NCBI GenBank assembly: GCA_963706595.1
Contig: OY970166.1
Span: 1,920,001-1,984,000 of the forward strand
DNA length: 64,000 nt
Origin: an uncultured cyanobacterium
GTDB taxonomy: Bacteria > Cyanobacteriota > Cyanobacteriia > Cyanobacteriales > Nostocaceae
Direction of reading: 5' to 3'
Part shown: positions 1-10,387 of the stretch, piece after piece
Position numbering within the stretch: position 1 is the first letter of the stretch
Layout: every line of letters begins with the position of its first letter
Translations under genes and position numbers: made by a program
Notes under the pieces: model-generated
What the model saw: only the letters and a program-made list of their open reading frames with translations
The model's database searches: none
What the model was told of the DNA's origin: nothing

Positions 1-680
1 GCGATCGCAATATCCTCTACCGAACGGGCAAAAGTGCCAACATGGTCAAGACTGCTAGAAAATAAAGCCACCCCAGCCCTAGACAAGCGCCCATAAGTCG
101 GTTTAAAGCCCAACACGCCACATAAAGCCGCCGGAACCCGAATTGAACCATTCGTATCAGAACCCAGCGTCAGGGGGACTAAACCCGCCGCTACAGCCGC
201 AGCCGAACCACCAGAGGAACCACCAGCTATGCGTTGTAAATCGTGGGGGTTGTGAGTAGCACCATAATGGAAATTTTCTGTAACAAAGCCATAGGCGTAC
301 TCATCCATATTTAAAGCCCCAACCAGCACCGCACCTGCTTGTTTTAACTTGGTGACTGCGGTTGCATCTTCGCTAGCTGGGGGATTTTCGGCATTGATTT
401 TCGACCCGGCTAAAGTTGTTAAACCAGCGATATCATAGAGATTTTTCACCGCAAAAGGCACACCAGCCAACATACCGGGATTTTTACCTTGGGTAATTTC
501 CCGGTCAATTTTGGCTGCATCTATCAAAGCAGTTTCCGCAGTTATCGCCGTAAAACAATTGAGTTGAGGATTCTGCGCCGCAATTTTTGCTAAAGCCGCC
601 TGGGTAACTTCCACCGCGCTAACTGCGCCTGTACGCACAGCCGCAGCAATTGACACAGCGTTAGTTAAATCAATATTCAT
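1..680 (-). CDS. atzE: AtzE-family amidase (amidase signature), 3' end runs off the window
   Basis: Manual translation from ATG at 680: MNIDLTNAVSIAAAVRTG...GVPFAVKNLYDIAGLTTLAGSKIN...NMDEYAYG...GGSSGGSAAAVAAG...GSDTNGSIRVPAA. Not in the ORF track because it is truncated. Confidence 0.85.
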   Translation of the reverse strand, partial: MNIDLTNAVSIAAAVRTGAVSAVEVTQAALAKIAAQNPQLNCFTAITAETALIDAAKIDREITQGKNPGMLAGVPFAVKNLYDIAGLTTLAGSKINAENPPASEDATAVTKLKQAGAVLVGALNMDEYAYGFVTENFHYGATHNPHDLQRIAGGSSGGSAAAVAAGLVPLTLGSDTNGSIRVPAALCGVLGFKPTYGRLSRAGVALFSSSLDHVGTFARSVEDIAI

Positions 681-724
681 GTTTATTTAGAAATATCGCC
701 ATAGAAATCACCCAATCTGAATAT

Positions 725-1585
725 TTAAGAATATATTCCTTGAGCAAAATCTTGTTTAAATTCCTCCAGCTTTTCGTTCATTTGTTGAGTTAGATTTTCT
801 ACACGTGTATCACTACTTAAAGTCGGCTTTACACTCTTGGTCATTTGAAGTAATTCTGTTTTAGAGTTTTGTTTTCTTAACCAATTGCGGGTTAAACGAA
901 CTGGATATAAGATATCTCTTTTTTGCGGAGGTTCATATAAGCGTTTTAGATATGATGGTTGATATTTGACATCTATAGATTGACACCAATCTTGCCACTT
1001 AAATTGCAGAATCGTAGGGTTAGTAATGATTGGAACCCAGGGTACACGCAGTGCATCAGCAATAATCGCACCATGCATAGCCTCTGCAAGTAAAACTTCT
1101 GTTTCGCTAATACATGATAAAACTTTTTCTATTGACCAGCGTGGATCAATATATCCAAATCCCAGACTTTCGCAGACTAAACTCCAATTTTCTCCAGCTA
1201 GCTCATAATGAGGCATATAAGAAAATTTGTATACTTTCTTATGGTGATAATTATCAAATAAGTTTCTAATTAGTACAGCGCCATCTGTGACTGCTAATTT
1301 CTCTGAAACACCTAAAGCTTGGGCTGATAGCGGACCACGAAGACAATAAATTTTATAGGAATCATCTAGTTGTGGCAATGCTTTGCCATAACCTACGCCT
1401 GTCCCAAATATCACTCTCACGCGAGAATTTTTTGTTTTAATCGGTAATCCATCATTAATCAGAGTACCTATGGCAACAAAGCTAGTTGTTGCGTCATTAT
1501 CTATTACACCTGGGATTAACTTTTCCCATAGCCAAGGATTAAGTTTATCACCAAAATTATTTTCTCGGTAGTAAAAAAGCTTCAT
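725..1585 (-). CDS. Polysaccharide pyruvyl transferase (ExoV-like)
   Basis: NFGDKLN, LRGPLSA, AEAMHGAIIADALRVPW and FKWQDW motifs. Confidence 0.8.
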   Translation of the reverse strand: MKLFYYRENNFGDKLNPWLWEKLIPGVIDNDATTSFVAIGTLINDGLPIKTKNSRVRVIFGTGVGYGKALPQLDDSYKIYCLRGPLSAQALGVSEKLAVTDGAVLIRNLFDNYHHKKVYKFSYMPHYELAGENWSLVCESLGFGYIDPRWSIEKVLSCISETEVLLAEAMHGAIIADALRVPWVPIITNPTILQFKWQDWCQSIDVKYQPSYLKRLYEPPQKRDILYPVRLTRNWLRKQNSKTELLQMTKSVKPTLSSDTRVENLTQQMNEKLEEFKQDFAQGIYS

Positions 1586-1628
1586 ATTTTTTGCAATTAC
1601 GTTAACACCAAAATTTTCATCTCAGATT

Positions 1629-2465
1629 CTAAAAGCCCAAATCCTGCTTGACAAAAGTTCTTAATCTGAATAATCGATAAAGAAACACCGATTTTGCTAT
1701 CAATTTATCAATTACCTTTCTCCAGATGGGAAGTTCTGGATATTCAATTTTTTTGTGGATGTCGAAGTAAATCTGCTTTTCCTTCAGGTTTGATTGCCCT
1801 TTTTTGATTCTCACTTTTTCGATGTTGTCTTTGAAAAATGGGAATCTGTCTTCAGAGTCAAATCTGACGTTCAACCCTGATAAACTAGCTGCTAATCCCA
1901 TGACGTTACCTTCTGCACCATAAATTCCTTGCATCTCAAAAAAATAAGAAATTGTCTGCCAAAGCTTTAAAAACTCAGCCTCGGCTCCATCTTGTTTCTT
2001 CACAACAAACATAAATTCATGAAACCATAGTGTTTGCTGAAGGTTTATATTGAGTTTCGTTGCTACTTGATTAATGACTGGAAGCGCTTTTCTTTCACTA
2101 CTGCTTGCGTTGTGTTGAAGAATATTGCAGCCAGTTCTGGCGGTGATTCCAGGTAGCCACTTCATTTTTTCTGGTACAGCACCCAGGATTCGCATATCAG
2201 AATCTAAATATACACAGGTGTCAAACAATGTCAGGGCTTTTTCAAGTACACAACGCTTATCATGATATCCTTGGACGCTTTGCAATCGATGTTTGACAGC
2301 AATAACGTGAGCATATTCCTCAAAATCAGTAGGCTGATCTGTCAGAACTATAAAGGAAGTTGCAGGTGAATGTTGCTGAATATCACTCGCTAGCATCCGT
2401 GCATGGGTACGATAGCGATTTCCTACTGCTAAAGTGCAGAAGCAAAATTTCTCCGATATATTCAT
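1629..2465 (-). CDS. Putative GT-A fold glycosyltransferase-like protein
   Basis: N-terminal beta strand FCFCTLAVG and DxD motif (VYLDSDMRI); next to the pyruvyl transferase; ATG at 2465 preferred. Confidence 0.5.
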   Translation of the reverse strand: MNISEKFCFCTLAVGNRYRTHARMLASDIQQHSPATSFIVLTDQPTDFEEYAHVIAVKHRLQSVQGYHDKRCVLEKALTLFDTCVYLDSDMRILGAVPEKMKWLPGITARTGCNILQHNASSSERKALPVINQVATKLNINLQQTLWFHEFMFVVKKQDGAEAEFLKLWQTISYFFEMQGIYGAEGNVMGLAASLSGLNVRFDSEDRFPFFKDNIEKVRIKKGQSNLKEKQIYFDIHKKIEYPELPIWRKVIDKLIAKSVFLYRLFRLRTFVKQDLGF

Positions 2466-2526
2466 CTTAAAGGCTATCAACTATATGGCGTTTTCTAGTC
2501 TGCTGATGTCAGGATTTATCTGTATG

Positions 2527-2739
2527 TATAGGAATCCGGTTTGATTTATGAAAAAATTAAGTATTGTAGTGGCGTGGCCAGATGGAAATGATCCATTAGT
2601 AAAATTCCCTATGATCGGCATTTATCGGCTTTCATAGGCAGTTTTTTACCTCTAAAATCAGGCTATATTATCAGTCCACTACGTGTCTGCAAGCGCAAAG
2701 CGCAGGCTACGCCAACAAAAATCAGAGAGTAGTCCTATA
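2527..2739. mobile_element. MITE-like dispersed repeat (TATAGGA...TCCTATA family)
   Basis: Inverted ends; related copies near 15817, 17633-17736, 52940-53070 and 55701. Confidence 0.6.
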
Positions 2740-2843
2740 TCTGTTGTGGAACAATTCTTGTAGTACCTTATTCAACTGGAAATCCCTATATCAGCATTGA
2801 TCTGGATAGTTTTTTCTGTTTAATAAGAATATGCTAATTGGAC

Positions 2844-3032
2844 TTATGGCTCAAATACTTGTGCAGCTTCAATTTTTTCCGGTAAGGGAAACTCATTAAT
2901 AACTTGTGCGATCGCTTGAATTTTTTCAAAATTTGCCAACACACCATTTCGATATTCATCTGTTAGCTGTAAATTCAACAATAAAGACATTTGATCAACA
3001 TAGGTATCCACATCAAACTTTTGATTTTTCAT
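2844..3032 (-). CDS. DUF4089 / AtzG-like small protein
   Basis: 62 aa from ATG 3032, MKNQKFDVDTYVDQMSLLLNL...EFPLPEKIEAAQVFEP; this family is the usual partner of AtzE amidases. Confidence 0.7.
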   Translation of the reverse strand: MKNQKFDVDTYVDQMSLLLNLQLTDEYRNGVLANFEKIQAIAQVINEFPLPEKIEAAQVFEP

Positions 3033-3308
3033 GTTTACTATTCTGCGTTTTCTGCTTTTTTTTGAAGTAAACCACCCGTTAAGCAATTCTTGAGATTATT
3101 GCATCAGCTAAAAAACTTGCTTAATTCATAAGAAGGCAAGTTTCCATAATTTTAATCTCTGATGGCGAAAAAAAGCTGCTATTTTGCGTAAGTTTACGCA
3201 ACTTTTATGCAAACTTCATATTAGCTTCAATATATATTCTGTTTATTTCAATGCTAGCTAAGTAGGATTACGGTTATTTTATCTCTGACCGTAAACTTTA
3301 GCGGTTAG

Positions 3309-4832
3309 TTAAATCCTCATCAAAGCCCCAGGGCCAAGAGGTAAACCCAAAACAAACCAGATAATTAACAGCATAGACCACCCCAACAAAAAGGCGATCG
3401 CATAAGGTAACATCATCGCTATCAACGTCCCCATGCCTAAATTCTTATCATATTTCTGCCCAAAAGCCACCACCAAAGGAAAATAAGGCATCAACGGCGT
3501 AATAATATTAGTTGTAGAATCCCCAATGCGGTATGCAGCTTGGGTTAACTCTGGAGAATAACCCATTAACATAAACATTGGCACAAACACAGGAGCCATA
3601 ATAGCCCACTTTGCCGAAGCCGAACCCACAAATAAATTCAGCAGCATACTAACTAAAATAAATAATATTAATAATGGTGCGCCTGTAATCCCTGTAGACT
3701 TGAGAAACTCCGCCCCATTAATCGACATAATCGCGCCCAAATTACTCCAGCTAAAATAGGCAATAAATTGAGCCGCAATAAATGCTAAAACGATATAATA
3801 TCCCATAGCACTCATCGAATTGCTCAAAGCCTTAGCCACATCTTTGTCATTTTGAATAGTTCCGGCAACCTTACCATAAAAAATTCCCGGAATCAAAAAA
3901 GCTAAGGCAATGATAAACACAATGCTATCCAAAAAAGGTGACGGAATGATAGTAAAGTTTTCTGGATGTCGTAAAATTCCTTGTGGTGGTAAAACCATGA
4001 TTAGCAAAAAGCCGATAAATGCTAATAAAGCATAACCAGCCCATCGTAAACCTTTATTTTCAGATGCGCTGAGTTGTTCCATCTGAAAATCTACTTCTCC
4101 GACATAATTACCCAATCTTGGTTCAACAATTTTTTCAGTGACAAACCAGCCAATTGCAGTAATTAAAAAGGTCGAAACTGCCATAAAATAATAATTGGCA
4201 GTGGCATTTACTTGATAACTAGGATTGATTAATTCCACTGCACTTTGGGTTAATCCAGCCAGCAACGGGTCAAGGGAACTAATCAGTAAATTTGCACTAA
4301 AACCACCCGAAACGCCAGCAAACGCCGCAGCTAGACCAGCTAAAGGATGTCGTCGAAAAGCTAAAAAGATAATTGCGCCCAAAGGTACAAGTACCACATA
4401 ACCCGCATCAGCAGCGAGGTTAGCCATGATTCCCGCAAATACTACTACGGGACAGATAAATTTACTGGGGGCAATTAATACTATTTTGCGTAATACTGCT
4501 GACAGTAAACCACTGTATTCGGCAACTCCTACGCCTAACATAGCCACCAGCACAGCACCCAAAGGGGGAAAATCGGTAAAGTTTTTGACAGCAGAGGTGA
4601 AAATACGGCGGATACCTTCAGGGGTGAGTAAGGATACCGCAACGATAGTTTCACCGTTTCCGGGGTGGACGACAGAGAGGTTGAGAGCTTGCGCGATCGC
4701 ACTAACAACAATTACCATTAAAGATAATAGGAAAAATATTGTCAGTGGGTCAGGGAGTTTATTCCCCACAAATTCAATGAAAGTTAAAGCATTTCCCAAC
4801 CAAGCAAATTTTTGACTCTTTTGAGGATTCAT
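3309..4832 (-). CDS. abgT: AbgT-family transporter
   Basis: IEFVGNKLPDP, NFTDFPPLG, GVSGGFSAN and AYRIGDSTTNIITPLMPY; many TM helices. Confidence 0.9.
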   Translation of the reverse strand: MNPQKSQKFAWLGNALTFIEFVGNKLPDPLTIFFLLSLMVIVVSAIAQALNLSVVHPGNGETIVAVSLLTPEGIRRIFTSAVKNFTDFPPLGAVLVAMLGVGVAEYSGLLSAVLRKIVLIAPSKFICPVVVFAGIMANLAADAGYVVLVPLGAIIFLAFRRHPLAGLAAAFAGVSGGFSANLLISSLDPLLAGLTQSAVELINPSYQVNATANYYFMAVSTFLITAIGWFVTEKIVEPRLGNYVGEVDFQMEQLSASENKGLRWAGYALLAFIGFLLIMVLPPQGILRHPENFTIIPSPFLDSIVFIIALAFLIPGIFYGKVAGTIQNDKDVAKALSNSMSAMGYYIVLAFIAAQFIAYFSWSNLGAIMSINGAEFLKSTGITGAPLLILFILVSMLLNLFVGSASAKWAIMAPVFVPMFMLMGYSPELTQAAYRIGDSTTNIITPLMPYFPLVVAFGQKYDKNLGMGTLIAMMLPYAIAFLLGWSMLLIIWFVLGLPLGPGALMRI

Positions 4833-4912
4833 TAGACATTGACCGAATTTAAATATGAGTTTCCTTCTTCACTTGGCGAACTTGGCGACTTGGCGGTTCG
4901 ATAATAGGATTC

Positions 4913-6779
4913 CTACAGTGACCGTAATTGTCTAGCGCGTACCCGTTCAGCACTACCAGTAGGAATGGAAGCAATTAATCTTTGGGTATATTCTTCCTTG
5001 GGTTCTAGATAAATACTCTCAGCTGTTCCTTGTTCGACAATTTGACCACGATTCATAACTAAGATGCGATCGCTCATAAATTTGACTACACTTAAATCAT
5101 GAGAAATAAAAATATAAGTCAGTTGAAATTCCTCTTGCAATTCCTTCAGCAGATTTAACACCTGCGCCTGTACAGACACATCCAAAGCCGAAACCGACTC
5201 ATCGCAGATAATAAACTTAGGATTTAAAGCCAAAGTCCGCGCAATACAAACCCGTTGGCGTTGACCACCAGAAAACTGATGCGGATAGCGGTGTATTGCA
5301 TCTGCATCCAAACCTACTCTTTCTAAAAGTTCAACTACACGTTCTCGACGTTTTCCCTTTGTTTTCCCCACAGAGTGAATTAACAACGGTTCCATAACTG
5401 CATCCCCAATTTTCATCCGGGGGTCGAGAGAACTAAAAGGATTTTGGAAAACAATTTGCATTTCTCGCCGCAATTTCTGCAACGCTTCACCTTTGAGAGT
5501 AGTGATATTTTGACCCTCGAAAATAATCTCCCCACCCATCGGTTCAATTAAGCGCAGCAAACTTCTACCCAAAGTAGTTTTACCACAACCAGATTCTCCC
5601 ACCAAACCCAATGTTTCCCCTGGTTTGACATCAAAAGAAACATGATTAACCGCCATGTTATAGCGTTTTGTTCGACCAAATACGCCCCTGATCGGAAAAC
5701 CCACCTGGAGGTCACGAATTTCTAATAAAGGTGATTTATTGTTGAGGTTTGTCCCATCTTTGAGACATTTCCTCAAGGCTGATTTCTGGGGGATGTGGGG
5801 GTTCTTGCGCCTGAATTATTTCTTTACCATTTGGCGTTTCTTCCACAGTCATATAGTCAGAAACGGTCAGCAATTTATGAGGACGGCGGTTGAGTGTGGG
5901 GCGACAAGCTACCAAACCCTTAGTATATGGATGTTGAGGACTGTGAAAAATTTGTTCTGCTGTACCGTATTCGACAATTTGACCTTTGTACATTACCGCT
6001 ACTTGGTCAGCAATTTCCGAAATTAGTCCCAAATCGTGGGTAACAAAAATCATCGCCATATCACGACTTTGCTGCAATTCTGCCAACAAGTCTAGAATAG
6101 TTGCTTGGACAGTCACATCTAAAGCCGTAGTTGGTTCATCAGCAATTAACAGCAAAGGATTACAAGAAATAGCCATTGCAATCATCACCCGTTGTAGCTG
6201 ACCTCCAGAAAGTTGATGCGGGTAACGTTCGAGGATAGCTTCTTTGTGTTGCTTGACTAATTTAGCCAACTTTAATCCATCTGGATGTTGTGAAGTTTCC
6301 AGACACTGCTGTTGTATGATATCATCACTAGGTAAAAGTTTGACTTCTTGTAAGAGTGCGATCGCAATGCGTTTGGCTTCAGTTTCCGAAACATTCTGAT
6401 GCTGCATAATGGCTTCAGTTAACTGAAACCCAATCGTAAAAACCGGATTTAGCGAACTCATTGGTTCTTGAAAAATCATGGCGATATCACCGCCTCGGTG
6501 TAGCTGCATTTGTGCAGTCGGTAATTCTACCAAATTAATCGGTTTAGCATCAGGCTGAGAACGAAACCAAACCTCACCCCCGCTAATCTTACCGGGACTT
6601 TGCAGCAAACCCATTACAGCCAACGATGTCACCGACTTACCACTACCTGATTCCCCCACAATACCTAGAGTTTGACCGCGATTAATCTCAAAGGATATAT
6701 CATCCACAGCTTTGACACAGCTACCATCACTGGAAAATTCAACTTGTAGATTACGAACCTCTAGGACAGTTTCACTCAT
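4913..6779 (-). CDS. Dipeptide/oligopeptide ABC ATP-binding protein with two NBDs, split by a 1-nt frameshift near 5750
   Basis: Overlapping ORFs 5736-6779 ([13 protein letters not shown]) and 4913-5776 ([13 protein letters not shown]); removing one base gives a single ~621-aa protein. Confidence 0.8.
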
Positions 6780-6922
6780 AGGAATCAGGTGATAAATATT
6801 TAGGGAAAATTACTTGAATTTTAGCAATAGTTTGGATGTGCGATCGCCTTTTGTGGGAATTGAGCGATCGTTAAACTCAGAATTTGTACCCAATCTTATC
6901 ATCAAAACCTTAGAAAGGCAGG

Positions 6923-7236
6923 AAACCGGCAAATCTAGTCCCCTCCCCTTTGCAAGGTCCGGGTTAGGGTGGGGTAATTCGAGGTTGTAGTAATTCGATA
7001 ACTTGTGTGTACACAATAGACAAGGGAATGGGGAAAATTCAAAGCCTCTCCCCTTGTAGGCTACTGTGTACACACATCTTGGCAATCAAGCATAGACCCT
7101 GAATTTACCCCCCTTAATCCCCCCTTGGAAAGGGGGGAAACCGGAAAATCTAGTTCCCTCCCCTTTACAAGGGGAGGGTTAGGGTGGGGTAATTCGAGGA
7201 CTGGGAATGATTCAATCACTTGTGTGTACACGGTAG
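6923..7236. mobile_element. MITE with CTACNGTGTACACACA inverted ends (complete copy 7061-7236) plus a truncated copy (about 6923-7019)
   Basis: Terminal inverted repeats; CCCTTGTAGG flanks at 7051-7060 and 7241-7250; same ends as 37732-37886. Confidence 0.65.
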
Positions 7237-7313
7237 CATTCCCTTGTAGGGAAGGGGGCTAGGGGGTTAGGTTCCGCGTTGGTTTTTCTAGATACCGTGA
7301 AAAGTGAATACGG

Positions 7314-8282
7314 TTAATTTGTTTCCAACCAGTTGAGTAAATCTGACATACTTGTGAAATCTAGTAAAGCTTCGCCAAGGGTTTCTAATTGATTTCCCGA
7401 AAGTGATTGGATGCGCTGTTGTATTTCTGGGGATAGTTCACCTACTCGTCTTTTGAGTAGTTTTAAAATAATCGCCTGTTCGCCTTCTTGCCGTCCTTCT
7501 TGTTTTCCCTCTTCTCTTCCTCGTTCGTAGCCTATGCGCTCACCTGTGGTGACATATCTCATAGTCCTCTCCTGCTCAAATTGTTTAAATTCGTCCCAGA
7601 ATTGATTCTCTAATGCTTTTGGTAAAATCATAACCCAATCGATGAATCGATAGAGGTTACGAATATCTTGCTCTTGTAAGCCTATGTCGTATAATCGGCG
7701 AATTAGGCGGAATTTCCAGATTTTGCGTTCTGCTGGTGATGAGCGCGTCTGTTGGGTTTTCAAATGCGCCATGACTACTGTCGCAAAGGGATTATTGCTA
7801 TTTTCTAACTCTTCCCAACGGTTTTCGTAATCTAAAAGTTTGACGCTACCAAATTCAAAGTCTAAGCGGGTGTTGGGATAATTGTAACTGTAGTTGCTGG
7901 GTCGCCATTCTCGGTTGGTGTCGCACAGTATCGCCAAGCTGATTGCTGGTTGGTCAAAGCGGTCAAAGATGCGAAAGTTATAAGTAAACATTCGCTTACC
8001 GAAATTATCTTCTTTTTGCGCCTGAATTTCTACATGAATTAATAACCACAGTTCTTGTCCTCCGATTTGCCAAACTTTTACTAATTGGTCAGCATATCGT
8101 TTACCTTGTTCGGCTTCACGGGCGATTTGTTGAAACTCTTTGTTGAGAAATTGGTAGGGACGTTCCCAGTCAATTAATGCTGCTGTTTCGGGGAAAAAGA
8201 ATTGCATGGCTTGGGGAAAATATGCTTCCAGAATTTCTTTCCAGGGGCTATCGAAATCGGCGCGTTCGTTAACGTTGGTCAT
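7314..8282 (-). CDS. Rpn-like PD-(D/E)xK nuclease / putative transposase with C-terminal DUF4351
   Basis: DFDSPWKE, RYADQLVKV, IHVEIQ and C-terminal LETLGEALLDFTSMSDLLNWL. Confidence 0.8.
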   Translation of the reverse strand: MTNVNERADFDSPWKEILEAYFPQAMQFFFPETAALIDWERPYQFLNKEFQQIAREAEQGKRYADQLVKVWQIGGQELWLLIHVEIQAQKEDNFGKRMFTYNFRIFDRFDQPAISLAILCDTNREWRPSNYSYNYPNTRLDFEFGSVKLLDYENRWEELENSNNPFATVVMAHLKTQQTRSSPAERKIWKFRLIRRLYDIGLQEQDIRNLYRFIDWVMILPKALENQFWDEFKQFEQERTMRYVTTGERIGYERGREEGKQEGRQEGEQAIILKLLKRRVGELSPEIQQRIQSLSGNQLETLGEALLDFTSMSDLLNWLETN

Positions 8283-8675
8283 GAATTGATGGCGGAGGAT
8301 TTTTTATGGTTGTTGGGGCGGGTTTATTAAGTAAGTCGTTGTAAATAATTAAAGGTTTGTAGTCGGGACTTTAGTCCTGAATTAAGGGCTAAAGCCCTTA
8401 CTACGAGCTAAAAGGCAATAAAGGGAAAAATCTTCACCGGGACAGTTAAAGCTGTTTTGGGATGAGTTGAATATTGATAATGAGGAAATTCAACAAGTTG
8501 CGTCTAAGTTTGTAAAAGCGAATTGTTATAACCCTAATCCTATTTCAACGGAGGATGTACTATAAATATCTGTGCCGGATTGAGAAAACAGAGTGCCAGG
8601 TATCCGAAAGCCACGAACCCGTAAGGATTCGTGGTAAGTTACGTGTTTATAAAACTTAAAAATTATTTGTAACCT

Positions 8676-10067
8676 TTAGATGTTACACTTTACAAGTCTC
8701 GACGCGAAAGAAGAGATAACATATCCCTCGTAACCAATACTACCCTCCAAAATATTACCATACTCTATAGGTAGGTGGGCTTCAGGTGCTTTTAGATCAA
8801 ATGTAATATCTTTGTACTTCAACCAGTCTCCTCCTTTTCTCCATCCCACTTTGTCCCCAAAAGCGTCCCAGATTTTCTCGTCGTACTCTCTTGTTCCACC
8901 CAAACTTTGATAAATGCGCTTTTGGACAGAAAACCCAAATCGCCCATTACTATATTTTACCCACAACTGGTCAATAGTGCGGAGGTCTTCACAGGGAAAA
9001 TTATCAATATCTTCTTCATCTAACCAACCGTCTTCTTCCCGCTTCGCTACCGTTACTACTAGTAGTGCTGTTTCCTCATCTGCTTCTTTCCACTTCCCAG
9101 AAGCGAGTAAGTCACGCAGCTTTTTATAGTCCATCCCTACGGCTGATTTTAATCCCCCCTCCTCGCTTGCGGGGTTAGGGGGTGGGGTGATTCTCTCCTG
9201 CTGGCGCTGAGGGGTTGGTACTGGAGTGAAAACTAAACCCAAATTTTTGCGAAACTGCAACACCGTTGGGGTACGTTCTTCGGGTTCTAACGCCATCCCC
9301 TGTAAAATGGCATCATTCACCTTCTGACTAATACGGGAATTATAACTGCGTGGTTCTGGTAAAGGTTCATCATCATACTTACGATTTAGCGCAGGTACTG
9401 GGAATAGTTCGCCCTCTTTTTTGAGTCCGTCCGCAGTCAGCAGATAATATAAGGTTGCGGCTAAAGCGTAAACATCGGTATGGGAACCAAAGTTACCTTT
9501 GCGTCTATATTGTTCTATGGGTGCATAACCTTCTGTGCGTGAGTTAGTCATGCTTTGGGTAGCAATACTCCGAGTTAAACCAAAGTCAATTAACACCGCT
9601 TCTTGTTGATTTTTTCGTAAGAGGATATTTTGCGGTTTGATATCTCGGTGTAAGTGTCCCTTTTGATGAATATATTCTAAAGCCTGTCCAATTTGGTCTA
9701 TATATAATAGTGCTTCTGTTTCTAATAGTTGTCCTTTTTTCTGGACATATTCAAATAAAGTTACGCCATCTATATATTCCATCACCATGCCAAAAAGTTC
9801 ACCTTCTTGGATGACTTCATTAACTTTGAGTATATGGCGATGGTCAAAGCCTTTAATTGTCAAGGCTTCGTTAATAAATTTTACCTGTTCTTCGGCAAAG
9901 TCGTCTTTGACTTGCATTTGCTGATTCAGGGTTTTGATGGCGTATAATTTCCCTGTGTTGGTTTCTTGGGCTTTGTAGGTAATGCCAAAACCTCCGCAAC
10001 CCAAGGGTTTACCCTGAATGATAAATCTACCTTTGTTTATTGGTTGGTCGGGTTGCCAAATTATCAT
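8676..10067 (-). CDS. Ser/Thr protein kinase with C-terminal GUN4 domain
   Basis: LGCGGFGITY, AIK, HRDIKPQN, DFG and GYAPIE; GUN4 motifs WKEADEET and IDQLWVKYSNGRFGFSVQ. Confidence 0.92.
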   Translation of the reverse strand: MIIWQPDQPINKGRFIIQGKPLGCGGFGITYKAQETNTGKLYAIKTLNQQMQVKDDFAEEQVKFINEALTIKGFDHRHILKVNEVIQEGELFGMVMEYIDGVTLFEYVQKKGQLLETEALLYIDQIGQALEYIHQKGHLHRDIKPQNILLRKNQQEAVLIDFGLTRSIATQSMTNSRTEGYAPIEQYRRKGNFGSHTDVYALAATLYYLLTADGLKKEGELFPVPALNRKYDDEPLPEPRSYNSRISQKVNDAILQGMALEPEERTPTVLQFRKNLGLVFTPVPTPQRQQERITPPPNPASEEGGLKSAVGMDYKKLRDLLASGKWKEADEETALLVVTVAKREEDGWLDEEDIDNFPCEDLRTIDQLWVKYSNGRFGFSVQKRIYQSLGGTREYDEKIWDAFGDKVGWRKGGDWLKYKDITFDLKAPEAHLPIEYGNILEGSIGYEGYVISSFASRLVKCNI

Positions 10068-10277
10068 GGATTTGTCAAGATATATACTCTGTCCTGTGGC
10101 GATGTCTACCTGGGAATCAGGGTGTGGTTTTGTATAAATTATAGTATAAACGATTAATTAAGAACCCCACCCCCAACCCCTCCCCGCAAGCGAGGAGGGG
10201 AGTTAAGAGATGCGTTGGGTGATGATCAGTTTTATACAAATGTGGGTAAGATGCTTACTCCACTCCCCCGACAGACC

Positions 10278-10310
10278 AGATCCCCGACTTCTTCAAGAAG
10301 TCGGGGATCT
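10278..10310. terminator. Perfect 16-bp-arm palindrome downstream of chlB (REP-like, possible terminator)
   Basis: AGATCCCCGACTTCTT-C-AAGAAGTCGGGGATCT. Confidence 0.5.
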
Positions 10311-10387
10311 ATATAGCGTAAAGCCTCCAGCTTAAACAAGGTTTTTTTTCTCCCCTGCTCCCTGCTCCCTGCTCCCTTGCCTCTTTT

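Noticed and set aside
6810..7085. 91-aa ORF (likewise the ORFs at 37732-38079, 51280-51483 and 55716-55990)
   Set aside because: They run through MITE or palindromic repeats and show no protein-like motifs.
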